From contig NC_079166.1 in NCBI RefSeq assembly GCF_947568905.1, positions 20,584,001 through 20,648,000 of the forward strand: DNA of 64,000 nt, in the 5' to 3' direction. Position numbers and translations under genes: made by a program. Source of the DNA: Ostrea edulis. Lineage: Eukaryota. The notes under the pieces were generated by a model. That model was given only the letters and a program-made list of their open reading frames with translations, was not told the origin of the DNA and made no database searches. Of this stretch, positions 1 to 12,876 are shown piece by piece; the first letter of the stretch is position 1, and every line of letters begins with the position of its first letter.

Positions 1-2284
1 GATATATGTTAGTTACTTGTAAGTATACACGTGTTGCATCACAAATGCATAACATTTGTAGTTTTATTAAATAAAAATTCCATATATTATAATGTTACAT
101 ATGCGATTTTTGCACGATGTCTTCGGTGATATGAATTATCAGTGTCCGTACAGTAAAGTGTAAATAGACTTAGAATTTTCAAATTGATGTAATCTATAAA
201 ATATTGCTTTTTATAAGTCAACGGAATCCATTCATGTTCAGGTGCTACATCAAACAGGTTCGAACCTGAGGTTTATAGCTTTGTCAATTCCATTGGTAGA
301 AGTATATTTATAATATTTACATTGAAGGAAAAATACAAAAATAAGAAAGAAAACAATCGGGGGGGGGGGGTCAGGTGTCATTTTATTTGTTGTTGGATTA
401 CAGTGTATATCAAACTTGACCTCTACTTTTGATTTATTTGCATCATCTCGTTTTGTCTGGTGGAATCAACACAACAAAACGACAAAAATAATCATTATAT
501 TACACTGATAAATACTCGTGCCTTCTATCAATATACTATAGGGAAAAAGCTTATTGCATGTCAAATTGGAGTGGCTATTTGCACTTGAAAATGTGGACAA
601 TTTCCTCATGTAAAATTAAAAAGTTTAAAAGAACGTACCGGTACCGTCGTGATATGTCGAGGTATTACAATGGCTAGCTTCTAACCAGTTATCTTTTGAT
701 TTTAAGTAGGAAAACATAGGTTTCCTTTTATTTGTTTCTTATTACAAGACAACTGTATAGAACCCACGCCTCGATATATCAGAATAGGTCGCAATCATTA
801 TGCATTTTTCTGAAATATCGTGATACATCGTGATATTTTATTACTTTCGCGATACAGTTCTACCAAATATATCATACATTCAGTACTTCAACCTATCCAA
901 TAGAAATTGTTATGTCAAGTCAAATATTTAAAGGAAAATGAAAAGGATTACTTATATTGGCGTAAGGACTTTTTTATTTTGAAAAAAAAACTACATATAT
1001 TAATCTGCACAATTTTACATGTCGTATATTGTCAGTATATATATATACCCCTAATGTTCAGACCAATAAAACGAGATTAATATTGAACTAGTACCGACTA
1101 GAACTAGTACCGACACAGATGCATGCTGAGCTGTTGTGTTCAAAGGCTGAGGAGTTAATTTCCTTAACTATAATAAAATATGTCAATGAAATATTTGACT
1201 AGCACTTCATGGAATGTTTGCCAACATGAAGCACCGCAATCCATATCTTCATGTATATTTACATATATTTTCATTTCTTTCGGGTCGGGATTCCCAATCG
1301 TTAAAATAGACGAACTATATTGATTAAGATTCATACGCGCATCGTTTACAACTGCTATGCATTCATGAGGAAAATTGAAAAAAGAAACATTGGAAATGTA
1401 CATACATGTATCTAGATATAAACTTCAGGGAGAAATAGTTTTACTAGTTGATTTGAACATATTTTATTGTCTAGATACGTATACACAAACATGTATATTG
1501 CGATATAAAGTACGTGAGCGGATCAAATGATCTAATCTTATTTATATTGGGAACACTCTGTACTGGGGCGCTTTTTCAATAGGGAAAAATTGGGCACGAG
1601 TTATTTTTTCTTCATATGGGAAATTGTATGCCAACCTCCTTTTTTTCTGGGGTGAAATCTGACCAGGCTAGTTTTTCCGGGGACAAAGACTTTGCCGTGA
1701 TACAGTTTACGCTGTACAACAGGGACGACTTCCATACAGCAACTATAACATTATCCGGAAAAGTTGTAAGATATAGCAGTGTTTAATTACAACGAATTCC
1801 AATTGGGATTGTGAATCCAGAAAGTGTGGTTACACATGGTATTGATATTGAATTATTACCATGGTTGAATTCCGCCTGGTATACCGGTATCTAAATGCGC
1901 CATGGTATACATATACACTGTTTTGGGAAAAAAATCACATAACTTGAATTGGAAGCTGATGAAACATAATAAAAAGAAGATATTGCTTCGAAGAAGACGT
2001 CATGTCATTTTCAGCATCATGAAAATGTATAAAAAGTTACTAACCCTGACAACATTTCTTAGGATATAGATAATGACCATTTACATAGAATATAAAACCT
2101 TTTTCAGTATCAAATAGTCTTTTATCATACCCGGTGAATAAAATTCTTCAAAATGATATACATATGTATTTCTATCATGCACAAAGTTTAATTGAATAAA
2201 GGTATTTGCAAAAATATATGACGTCACATGATGGTAGAGCTACCTTAATTCGATACCCAGCTATTTGTACCTCTCATAATCACA

Positions 2285-2625
2285 TTTATTATATAGTTAA
2301 TAAATATTTTGTTATAAAATCTGCGTAAAATATAAATAATGTTGGCGTTCAATATCCTGAGAATTTATTGAACGCTAACTTTGCATTGCGTAAATTGTGT
2401 GCACCCGAAACATTCCGAGTATGAGCGTTCAATATTGACCTTACCGTAACGACGTAAACAATCCAAAATGGCAGACGACGGTCCTCCGAATCTGACAGAT
2501 ACGGTATTTGATATCGTATTTGATAGAAACAAATATTCATTTTATTTACTTAAACAAAATGTTTTACTGTACATAAAATATGATGTCTCCATTCACAATA
2601 TCAGTTTGCTTCATGCATCAATGAC
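2285..2625. repeat. Dispersed ~340-bp repeat with a 14-bp hairpin, copy 1 (probably a non-autonomous DNA-transposon part)
   Basis: Aligns by eye to 3370-3675. GTTGGCGTTCAATA (2341-2354) and TATTGAACGCTAAC (2366-2379) form an inverted repeat around an 11-nt loop. Confidence 0.75.
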
Positions 2626-3189
2626 GGGTTTAAAGGACATATCGCATGTTTTTAAACATTTTAATTTTTTCAGCAAAATTAATTCATTTCATGCCTAAAA
2701 CTACTGTACATGTATTTTAAATGAAACAGTTTGCGTACTTTTCGAGTTTGAAAGCAATGAAATTCAAATCTTGCGATATGCATATTTTCTTCGATATTTT
2801 ACGCGCCATTATCTGTGACGTCATATGCGACCTCGAGCGAGAAGATTTGAAAACAGTTGAAAGCCATTTCATAAACAGATTAGATTTAATTGACAAACAA
2901 ACAATTATCACATTAATAGCTTGTAAATAACACTGCATTCGGGTGTTTTGTGCTATTTAAGGGTGTACTTGCTGTCAGTAGAGAGGATTTGGACTGTGTT
3001 TTTTTTCATTTTTCGAAGGAAGGTATGAGGGACAAGACGTGAATATATTTTGGCAGCACAACGACTTTGCCATAAAAACTCCCAGTAGAATTTGTCCCTG
3101 TACTTTTTCAAACAAACACTTGGACAAAGACGTAGATAAACTGCGAGAAAATGGTTCTGAACAGTTAATATTGCACACTTTCACCTGGA

Positions 3190-3365
3190 ATGCCAATATT
3201 GAAGAATTCTCGTCTATTTTAGAGCATTTTTGAATGAAAAGGGATATGATTTAACAACTAAATACTTTAGCTATATGATAAAAGGGTTACTGGACTTATA
3301 TTGGTGAATATTGCAACCTCGTGCATTTTAAAACAGCCAACTCGTACCAATACAAGTTCAAAAAC
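3190..3365. mobile_element. Internally deleted copy of the palindromic element at 6700-6925
   Basis: Shares GCCAATATTGA..TCGTCTATTTT..GAAAAGGGATA..CTAAATACTTTAGCTATAT and CTCGTGCATTTT..ACAGCCAACTCGT with 6700-6925; left arm of the palindrome mostly missing. Confidence 0.7.
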
Positions 3366-3369
3366 CTTA

Positions 3370-3675
3370 TATTATTATATAGCTAAAAAATAGTCTATTA
3401 TAAAGTCTACGTAAAATCTAGAGGATGTTAGCGTTCAATATCCTGAGAATTTATTGAACGCTAACTTTGCATTACGTAAATTGTATGCGCCCGAAACATC
3501 CGAGTATGAGCGTTCAATATTGGCGTTACCGTAACGACGTAAACAAGCCAAAATGGCAGACGACGGTCCTCGAATCTGACAGAGCCGGTATTTGATATTT
3601 ACTAAAGCAAAATGTTTTACTGTACATAAATTATGATGTCCCCATTTACAAAATCAGTTTGCTTCATGCATCAAT
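3370..3675. repeat. Dispersed hairpin repeat, copy 2
   Basis: Direct-orientation match to 2285-2625; hairpin arms are perfect here (GTTAGCGTTCAATA/TATTGAACGCTAAC, 3427-3465); similarity stops at 3675. Confidence 0.75.
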
Positions 3676-5079
3676 CACCCAAAGTCAATAAAATCGTGTA
3701 ATTGAGGGTTTCAAAATCATAGTTTATCGACCATTCAAAATATATATGGTAACATGCGTTTATTAATGGTAAATATCTGTTGAACACTCACCTCAAATTG
3801 TTTCAAGTTAAGTATGACAGATGTTTTTTTTACAGTAGGTCAAAGTATGGTATATTTTTCGAGATTTTTCTCACATGTAACCTTCGTTACCGAGTCCTTG
3901 ACATGATAATATGTATTTCCATGTATTATTCCATAACTTGTATTGGAATTGACCGAACATATATTTTTCTACTTTGCGAAAGACAATAAATACAGGTTTT
4001 CAAAGAAAATATTTAATCAACACAACAAGAAATTATCTGCTGTAAAAGTCAGCAATAAGATTTTAAGAGCGCAAAATAAACGACTAGATATCACTTTCAA
4101 TATCTTTGAAATGGCACAAAATAAAATTGATTAACAAATATTCTCGAACAGTTCAATATGTATGAAACATGAAAACAAAAGACTAGCAATAGATAAAGAA
4201 CGATAGCTTTTTTGTATGTAAATGAAGTAGCGCTATAATTATGCAACGTATGTTTCAACACTTACACAACAGTACATCCATGAAAATATTATGCCAAAAC
4301 GATGTCATCATCAGTTATTCTTTACGATTGATGTTGCAAAATCATAACGATATCACTTATTCAATGGAAATACCAATCATAATAGAAATATAACGTAGAC
4401 AAGCAAAAAAAATTACCAAATGTGTCTTTTCTTCTGAATTTGTTAATTTGCAATAAATATGCGATTAAAACAAAAGTAAAAGATTGATGTTTCGCTATAT
4501 AAATGCTCATGATTCTTATAGAAATAACAGACACATGTTTTGAAACCTGGATTGCTCTTTGTTATAATACACGATGAAAGTAACGTATGTTTCTTATTTT
4601 TCCTTTCATTACTATAAACACATCATTTCTATTCAAAAAATGGAAAGAATCATATTTACCCATTTCTACCAATCTGTTTACAATAATAATATATAAAAAA
4701 TGTTTAATTTCCCAACATTTTGATTAAATGTATACCGAATCTTATGTTTTTGTTGCTTATTTTGGAATACCTTTCCATAGAAACTGTCAGTGGACATACG
4801 CTATTGTACTGGTGTCCCTTATGAATAGATGACCCGCATTGGATTCCAAGTCACAAGGTCAAAGGTCATACAAAATTACTCAAACGACTAGTTGCTTATA
4901 CGTATTTTGAGAGACAAAACTTACATGTATCATTATGGTAGCCTTTGACCGGTAGTTAAACCTTTATTTTCACTGTCTATACAGACATTCTACCTTTTCA
5001 GTATTGCCACAAGGGGAGCATATAATATTATTTCTAAAACATTTTTTCATGGTTGTTCTTATGTTTTAATACATTTTTT
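3676..5079. mobile_element. Long interspersed repeat, copy 1 (non-autonomous DNA element ending in HINE/satellite-like sequence)
   Basis: Near-identical direct match to 62443-64000 starting CACCCAAAGTCAATAAAA; distal part has TAGATGACCC..GGTCAAAGGTCA satellite-like units and a GGGGAGCAT end motif. Confidence 0.8.
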
Positions 5080-6699
5080 TTTCATGGTAGTTATTCTGTA
5101 CTTCTGCTCTCACAAGCGCCATTTCTGAAAAAATAAATAAAAAATTATAAACAAGTAGAATAATATTACGTAACGGAATTTCTGGTAACATACGTTACAC
5201 TCAGATAAAATATTTTTGAATGATTTCTCTATAAAATTGCATAGGACAATCATTAGAGATTAATCCCTTCATTTCTAAGATATATTATGAAAAGATGCTG
5301 AATTTTAGCAAATTGATAAATGTAGAGTTGCATAGTTACATGCATCATAAATAGGACAGTAGCAGAGAAAAACATGGCCTGTATTTCTTGCAGAGGATAT
5401 CTGTATATGCTATTGAATACGGGAACAATAACACATTTGTTTCTTCATAACATAGTTGATATTCAACAAACATATCATTAATGATGATATTTTGTCAATA
5501 TTTAGTTCAATATTTGATGTCTAATCAAGCATTTAATTAAGTAGCATACGTTACTTTGAGTAACGTATGTTACCAGCATTCTACTCAATGTAATTCTTAC
5601 ACCAGAGGAATTTCGAGATATTTGGAATACGATATACATTCTTTGATATCAGAAGAACAAATTCAGACCAAAACATTCCATCTGCTTAATCAATATTGTA
5701 CATCAAACATTTCAGTTGTTGTAACAGTACTTACCGTAAGAGAAAATTAATCCTAATTCTCAAAGTTTAACACGTATTGACTTTCAAACTCAAATGTTCA
5801 TAGTAGACGTTCATGTCGTATACCATATCATGCAGATAGCAAAAACACGCGGGAAATTGTTCTATCATTCCCTTTAATTAATTTCTCGGTAACGAATGTT
5901 ACATCACGAATGTTACATCTTGACACGTTTGTCAAATTTCAGACCAACCAATGACTTCTGCAAAAGAAATGTTTATATTTTCATTCTCTGTACACTACGA
6001 GATTTTCATAAAAGGGGCAACATTTGCTCTGCAAATACGTTTTCATAAAAAGTTTGTTGTATCGTACATGTATGTTACATTTCTAAAATCAGAATGCAAA
6101 ATTTTGAGAATAATGATGACTTCTTCTCAATGCCACATCCAAATATCGCTTGATGAATATTTTCCCGCAGTTTTTGAATATTTTAGCGCCAAAATAGATC
6201 AAAAACATAAAGATAATACGAAATCTTTGTCCATACATTGGGTGTTTAATTGACCCTATGATCACATAATATAATCTGGCGACATGGAGTAATATATACA
6301 CCACTGCTTAAAATCATACGCAAAAGGTGTTAAACTTTTATTGAATGAAAATGTAGGAAATACAAATGATATTAACGCAAAGAAAATTAAAAAACACTCT
6401 CTCAGATTTTTATATTTGCTTGTTCAATTTTAAAAATTGAGTCGGCGACAGTCACGTATGTTACAAAATTAGGGTATCTACGCTTCCTACCAAGTTTATA
6501 AGTAAAGGGGAAATAAAAAGTATACCATGCCTAGGGAGGCTATGGGTCCATGAAAGTATAGCACACAAAATATATGATTTGATATAGCTTATTTTCTAAT
6601 AAAGTGCCGGCGACATCGATTGCACGCTTTTATTGACTTTGAGTGTAATGACGGGTTAAATATTGAACAGTTTAGAAATGTATGCTGATATTGCACACC

Positions 6700-6925
6700 A
6701 CCTTAGATGCCAATATTGATGAATTATCGTCTATTTTGGAGTATTTTGAGTGAAAAGGGATACAATTTAACTACTAAATACTTTAGCTATATAATAAAAG
6801 TTATTGAACTTACATACATAAGTAGGTGAATATTGGCACTCGTTGGCTGTCAAAATGCACTCGCAAGCTCGTGCATTTTGACAGCCAACTCGTGCCAATA
6901 TTCACCTATATAAGTTCAATAACCC
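6700..6925. mobile_element. Palindromic (fold-back) non-autonomous element, possibly Crypton-type
   Basis: Core 6823-6908 is a long hairpin with three symmetric TC/TC mismatches; outer arms TTATTGAACTTA/TAAGTTCAATAA (6801-6922). Superfamily is inference only. Confidence 0.65.
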
Positions 6926-7142
6926 TATAATACATGAACGATGCAATATAGGACGACGTAAAATTATCAAAATAATATGCCGTCTCTGTACCTTGATTAT
7001 CTTAGTGGTAATGAAAGAATCTATTTTTGTAGGGAAACTTTTTTCTATACAATGTGGATTTTGTTCATAAAACACTAATCCAATCGCACCGAAATTAACT
7101 ATCCTCATGGTACAGTGTTGTTTTTGGGATATATATTAAATG

Positions 7143-7450
7143 AAAAGGGAAAAATAATGAACGGTGACCAATCTCTTAACTTCTTAACTCTTAGAAGGAA
7201 TGCAATACGAAATTAAGAGTTGGGCAAACACGGGTCCCTGGATATACCAGAAGTGGGATCAGGTGCGTAGGAGTAGACCAGTCACACTCACCGTGGGCCC
7301 CATATCTTGATCAGGCAAACGGAGTAATTCATAGTCAAAAATAGTGTGTAAAGAACGGCCTAACAATCGGTATGAAACATGTCAGACATCATTTGGCCCA
7401 ATGACAGTTTGTATTGGCAAACTAGGTCATAAAATTTGCAAAATGCAACT
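7143..7450 (-). mobile_element. Penelope-like element 3' fragment (RT C-terminus plus 3' module)
   Basis: Minus-strand ORF ends KFYDLVCQYKLSLGQMMSDMFHTDC*, followed by the recurrent 3' module also seen at 43565, 44851 and 53903. Confidence 0.75.
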
Positions 7451-7911
7451 CGCCTGCACATTCCTATGCATGTATGTACAAGATTTAAGCCACGCCTCTT
7501 ATACTCAATTTCTTGCATAAATATAAACACTGACTGAAGACCTTGGATCCTATTGGTTTTCAAGATTAAAGGTCAAGGTCACCGAACGAGGAATTTTGAA
7601 ATTTTTAATTTGAATGACATTTAGTTACGTGTAATATTCTGTTTTATTTTTTATTAAACTTCCATGAATGCATCATTCCATTACGACCTGGATTCCCATT
7701 GGCTTTGAAGGAAAAAATGTAAAAGGTCGTACAAATGCAATCAAGGTCATTGGAGATGATATTCATAATGGCTTCAAAAGCTTTGATCTCAAACGCATTT
7801 GCAAGGATGCAAGCTGTTTTAGTTCAAGTTCTCTGTTCTTGCAGGCATTTGTGGTTAAATATAAAAAGTCAAGATCAATGAATCGAATATTTAATCTCAT
7901 TCAGGGTTAGA

Positions 7912-8165
7912 CTCCGTCGCGATAGCTCTGGTGTAGCGTTCGCTTTGTAACCAGGATGTTGTGAGTTCGAGCCCTGCTCGTGCCATGGCCACGTCAAACC
8001 TAAGACGTAGTAAGTATAGATAATGTTTTATCCTTCGCCAAAACTCGACATTTAAAAGTTAGAAGCATGAGTCTTTTGGATATGACCATAAAAACGGAGG
8101 TTCCGTCTCGCACTAGGCGTTGGCACGTTATTTAAAGAACCCTCATCGTCACAGTCGTAACCGCT
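7912..8165 (+). mobile_element. tRNA-derived SINE with Deu/Nin/Meta-like central domain, 3'-truncated
   Basis: tRNA-like head with B-box GAGTTCGAGCCC; central GGATATGACCATAAAAACGGAGG..TGGCACGTT..TAAAGAACCCTC shared with other SINE copies in the window. Confidence 0.7.
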
Positions 8166-9357
8166 ATTCAAATATAATATTCAAGGTTACTGAAACGTTG
8201 GTCTCATTCCAATAACAATTTTAAGAAGGGATAACGTTCCAATGGCTGATTTTTTTTTAATTTTTTTTTTTGAGACATGAATGAAAATATACATATAAAC
8301 AATACTTATATTGCCTTTGAAATCTACTATTACCTACCTACAGGTAGCTCAATGAGTTGATGCATAGACTGCTGGGCTCGAGTCCAGCAGAGGTTTTAAA
8401 TCTTTTTTCGGATTACTTTCTACTATAACATAATTTAAAGAAAAATAAATAAATACAGCGAATGTGAAAGTTTTCAATTCAAAATATTGCTGTACATGTC
8501 CTCCACTTTTCAATCATATTAGATTTCTCTGGTGTGTTATTCCTCCTTAAGACTTCCATTTTGCAATGTTTTATGGACTTCTCCATACGAAATTATATCG
8601 TAAAACGTGTAGCTGAGGTTTAACAACTTCTCGTTGTTCATATTAGATAATTCAAGCACTTGTTCCCCCAATTCATGAAAAGCATTTAGAAGCATCTTCT
8701 CAACAATATAAACACCCAGATCATTGAACACGCTATCTGGATTGCGGAATCATTTTTCCCCTGACAGCTGTCAAAAATGTCTTGGAACTGAACGGCATTC
8801 TGTGGTGAGCTTGGGCGATTGCTTTGTAGGTTGGGATACTTAAGCCGTGCTTCGACATCATAAAAATAAACATATTAATTAAAACAACCGTTCACGAATG
8901 GATGTATAATTGGTGCAACGAACGTTTCCGAAAAATTTCATTGTAATTACGCGTGCATCGCATACCGTGAAAACGATTTTTCTGACGGTTTTTGGGACGT
9001 GGAAGACTCCTATCTCGAATCTTGCGAACTCTGGCGAATTACTATGTGATAAAATACGACGACATGGGGTGAAAAATTGTTTTATTGCCAATTAAAATCT
9101 GTGTGACTGGTGAGTGTACTTTCAAATTCACAAAAACGCTTCCGGTAATGCCGTTGGGATACGTATTGAACATGTATCGTTATGTTCCTGAATAGCTAGG
9201 GTGAGATTTATCGCAACGTTGTGATAGGGAATATCTGTTTGTGCTGTGAGGTATTATTTTCGTAAGTGGGGAATTATAATTGATAAATGAAATGTAACAG
9301 TGGCGTGGAGAAAAATATGGAATAGAACGTAAATATTCAAAAGAATATCGACTTAAA

Positions 9358-10236
9358 ATGCAACCAGGGACCAATGTGACATCACTTCCTGTTGATGACC
9401 AGGCCACAACCGATCTTCTTTGCAAGGGATGGGATATCGTTGTGTTGTTGATCACCACTTTAATCTTACTTTTTGGATTTACTGGGAATTTAGTTACAGC
9501 TACAAAAGTGATTTTGGACAAACGTTTACATAAACCGGTCCCCGTCTGCATATCGTGCCTCGCCATTGCTGACCTGCTGACGCTGAGCTTTCAGTATGCT
9601 CGCGTGCCTCTTTCCCACTGTCGTATAGAGGTCAGTATTCCGACCCGCGAGGCTCTTCTGACTATCACCGCCATAATGGTCCACTCTTCAGCCATGCATA
9701 TAATCCTCCTGTCTTTGGTTCGGTACGGACTGATTGTACACCCCTTTGCCATGAAATATTGGCTCACTTCCGGTAAAGTGGTCATCGCCTCTTTGTCGTT
9801 TTGGCTCCTTAGTCTGCTTATTGGACTTTTATACGGATTTTACAATCGACAGTATTACAAAGGAGAGATTGACGACAATACGGATTCCATCGTTCAGCTA
9901 GCGATCGCTTTGTATATTTTGATCGTGCCTATTTGCTTTTTCGTGACTTTATACGCTGCAGAGATGAATGTTATGAGGAAATCACTTATTCCAGAGAAAA
10001 CCATTTACATCAAGAAAATTTCAAAGATGATAAGCTTGATCATGGTTTCGTACATCGCTTTCCTGGCACCGTATGTAATTGCCGATTGTTTAAGGCTGCT
10101 ATACATGAAACAGATCTTATCGATAGACAAAGAAAATTTCGAGACTATGAAAAATGTGATGTTCAATATTGCTCGGGTTTTTATACTGTTAAATTATTCG
10201 ATAAACCCGTTCGTGTATTTCCTGTTTATACGTTGA
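9358..10236 (+). CDS. Orphan class A (rhodopsin-like) GPCR, 292 aa, single coding exon, no C-terminal tail
   Basis: Seven hydrophobic segments with class A motifs: GN (TM1), LAIAD (TM2), VRY in place of DRY (TM3), W4.50, P5.50/Y5.58, FLAP in TM6, NPFVY (TM7). N-glycosylation sequon NVT at the N-terminus; AATAAA at 10444-10449. Confidence 0.92.
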   Translation: MQPGTNVTSLPVDDQATTDLLCKGWDIVVLLITTLILLFGFTGNLVTATKVILDKRLHKPVPVCISCLAIADLLTLSFQYARVPLSHCRIEVSIPTREALLTITAIMVHSSAMHIILLSLVRYGLIVHPFAMKYWLTSGKVVIASLSFWLLSLLIGLLYGFYNRQYYKGEIDDNTDSIVQLAIALYILIVPICFFVTLYAAEMNVMRKSLIPEKTIYIKKISKMISLIMVSYIAFLAPYVIADCLRLLYMKQILSIDKENFETMKNVMFNIARVFILLNYSINPFVYFLFIR

Positions 10237-11113
10237 TAAACTGTAGTAATTTGTCTACAATGTGATATTCGTCAAGGCATTGGAAACTTACACGAGTCCG
10301 GTTGTCGTTCTATTTCGCGTTAGCTAATACTTCGGGTTGTTGTGTATATCTATGAACAGAAGCGTTTTATTTTAGATGGCGATCAATAGATAAATTGCCT
10401 GAACGAATGTTACATCTCACGGTGTGTTATGTTCCTATCATGCAATAAAAATGTCCACGTGATCAGAAATTTATCCTTTAGATCAGATAATCCACATCTC
10501 TGTTTAATCGAGTTCATATCCTAATAAAATATTGGATCGGCAACGGGAGCAAACTTGGACACTAGAGGTCGCCTTGAACATAGTATTTATTAAAACAGAG
10601 ATTTGTGTATGAATGAATACTGAGTATTGAGATGTATATTACAGAGAAGTCAGTCTTGTATCGACACATTACAATAAAAACATCGTTATTAAATCTTCAT
10701 TTTGTAGTTTGTACGCAGCACTAAGAGTATACATGTTTGAAAATTTGCAAAATTAAAAACAAATTACCAAGTTGATAGTGGGGGGGGGGGGGTGTCAATT
10801 TTTATAATTGCTGTCGATTTCTGTTTTAAATTGAACATTCGTATTACGTTGTACCTATGTTCATACTTTGGAAGCGTTTTCTATTAGCAGATCTAGAATC
10901 ATGTAAAAAATTCGGAAGTTTTTCACATTGCCTTCACTGTTATATAGAAGTCAGGTTTGTCGCATGTAAAAATTCATGTTACTACGTAGAACGTACTTCG
11001 CATCGAGTTTGAACAGAAAATGTACAGTAAGATCATCGTTCTTATACGTTACACAGTACATAGTAAACATTTATCGAAGAAACTTTCAATAAAATTACCA
11101 TAAACGAAATTAA

Positions 11114-11118
<5 letters not shown>

Positions 11119-11162
<44 letters not shown>
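11119..11162. repeat. (AG)n microsatellite
   Basis: Direct observation. Confidence 0.98.
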
Positions 11163-11165
<3 letters not shown>

Positions 11166-11256
11166 TTATGTGGTATAATTCTAGTAGGTAGGTCTATATA
11201 TTTTATTTCTGGTGACTGATGGCACTTTACTGACACATAGGCAATTACTTGTAAAT

Positions 11257-11333
11257 TTTACATGACGTCACAATGCTTTCTGTTGTTTACATGACGTCAC
11301 AGTAAGAAGTGACAATGGATCACTGACGTCACA
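11257..11333. promoter_or_regulatory. Cluster of three perfect CRE/ATF palindromes (TGACGTCA)
   Basis: TGACGTCA at 11263-11270, 11292-11299 and 11324-11331, each followed by CA; the first two lie in a duplicated 16-mer TTTACATGACGTCACA; the last ends 13 nt before the ATG at 11345. Confidence 0.7.
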
Positions 11334-11344
11334 ATCAAAGCAAA

Positions 11345-11358
11345 ATGAATCCATCACG
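11345..11358 (+). CDS. RVxF-protein gene, putative exon 1 (MNPS + phase-2 donor)
   Basis: AAAATG AAT CCA TCA CG|GTAAGT; phase compatible with the exon at 13814. Confidence 0.5.
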
Positions 11359-12559
11359 GTAAGTACACACTTGCTTTAATTCTGAAATGTAAGATAGAAT
11401 AAATCTTTGTTGAGATCCAGATACGTGCGCAGAGATCAAATCATATATAAAAATACTGAAAGGGAATACTTTTATTTCCATTGCAGTTATAAAATTTTAT
11501 CAGACAAGTATATTTTCAATATGTTTTTAAGCACACTATGACATGGTATATGTAGTTTTTAAGAAATGAATTTCCTCTGGTCGGGTACCCCGCAGCTTTT
11601 GGTTGTAATTAATTCATTTAATGATTCCTAAGAATTCGGTCACCACCTAGAGATTATAAATACACATTTTATGCCCTGTTCGTTAAATTACAGGAGCGTG
11701 GTCTATTCTGATGCGGGTTTACAAACTGTACATCTGTGGGTTAATGCTCCCATTTCTACCGTATTTATGTAAATGTGTTTCTTTTTTAAAATGTCCAAAA
11801 TTAATGTAATGCGTACTGAATTGGGGATTGAAGTTATTTTTAATATATTTAAATACAAAAAACGTGTGTAGTGTTTTGAGGATTCAAGATTATTTTGTGA
11901 ATCTACAGTATAGTGGTCTTGAGGTGATACGGGGAGTTGAGTTCAGACAAGTTAAAACTCCAAACATATATATAAATGTACATATAAATGCCTTTTAAAA
12001 ATCTTTTCCCTTCCGCGTAAATTTTTTTCTACTAACTGATTTTGTTTCGATGGCAATTAACATATCTTAATTAAAGTATGATTTCACAATCGTCTTGAAG
12101 AGGTGGTCGTCAGTATAGTCAAATCTGGAAGAAAGGAAAAAAACAACCCACGATTCTTTTCATCTCCAGCGGCCTGATATCTTTGACATTTGCGTCTATT
12201 TGTTTTGTTTTTTTTGTTGTTGTTGCATGTGATATGGAAATATTACCTGATTGTATTATCAAATATTCAAAATATCTACATGTACAGGTTTAATTTTCAA
12301 TCAAATTGATTGAAAGAGAGTGATTGAGAGAGAAAGTTTCCTAAATTGAATTGTATGTTTGATAGAAGTTTGGTTGGTGCGGAGTTTTACCGGAATTCTC
12401 CCCTGGGTGGGGAGGTGACGGAAAGCGCCACAGATCTGAAGAGGAGCGACGGACCGTCTAGATTGTAAGTACCGGTAGTCTGGAATTACAGAATCTAAAA
12501 TTGTGTATATATATATATATATAAGTACCAGTAGTCTGGAATTCAAAAATCTAAAACTG

Positions 12560-12565
12560 TATATA

Positions 12566-12639
<74 letters not shown>
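12560..12639. repeat. (TA)n microsatellite, preceded by a ~50-bp local duplication (12468-12560)
   Basis: AGTACC(G/A)GTAGTCTGGA..AATCTAAAA.TGT occurs twice, each copy followed by TA repeats. Confidence 0.9.
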
Positions 12640-12645
<6 letters not shown>

Positions 12646-12820
12646 AATCTTATTAGAATGATAAGATATCGTTTAAATCATGAAGTTATTTTATTTTTCT
12701 AATTTGGAATATTTGTTTACTTTTACGAAATGGTGGTCTTTTTTGCCTGAAGTTTATTACTAAACTGTCGTCTTAAGTTTATTAGCGGTAGTATCATATC
12801 ACCTACCCAATCTGCCCAAT

Positions 12821-12876
12821 CGATCCGCTCCTTTTTATATTGTCGCTACGACAGTATTGGATAAAGGAGCGGATCG
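12821..12876. repeat. Perfect 14-bp inverted repeat enclosing a small hairpin
   Basis: CGATCCGCTCCTTT (12821-12834) / AAAGGAGCGGATCG (12863-12876); internal TGTCG-CTA-CGACA. Confidence 0.8.

Noticed and set aside
7912-7985. tRNA gene
   Set aside because: No complete cloverleaf and it continues into a SINE body; the same applies to 39452, 51387 and 54635, and to tRNA-like scraps at ~8345 and ~52005.
9180-10265. Overlapping ORFs 9180-9566, 9591-9785 and 9933-10265
   Set aside because: Shadow frames of the GPCR coding sequence.
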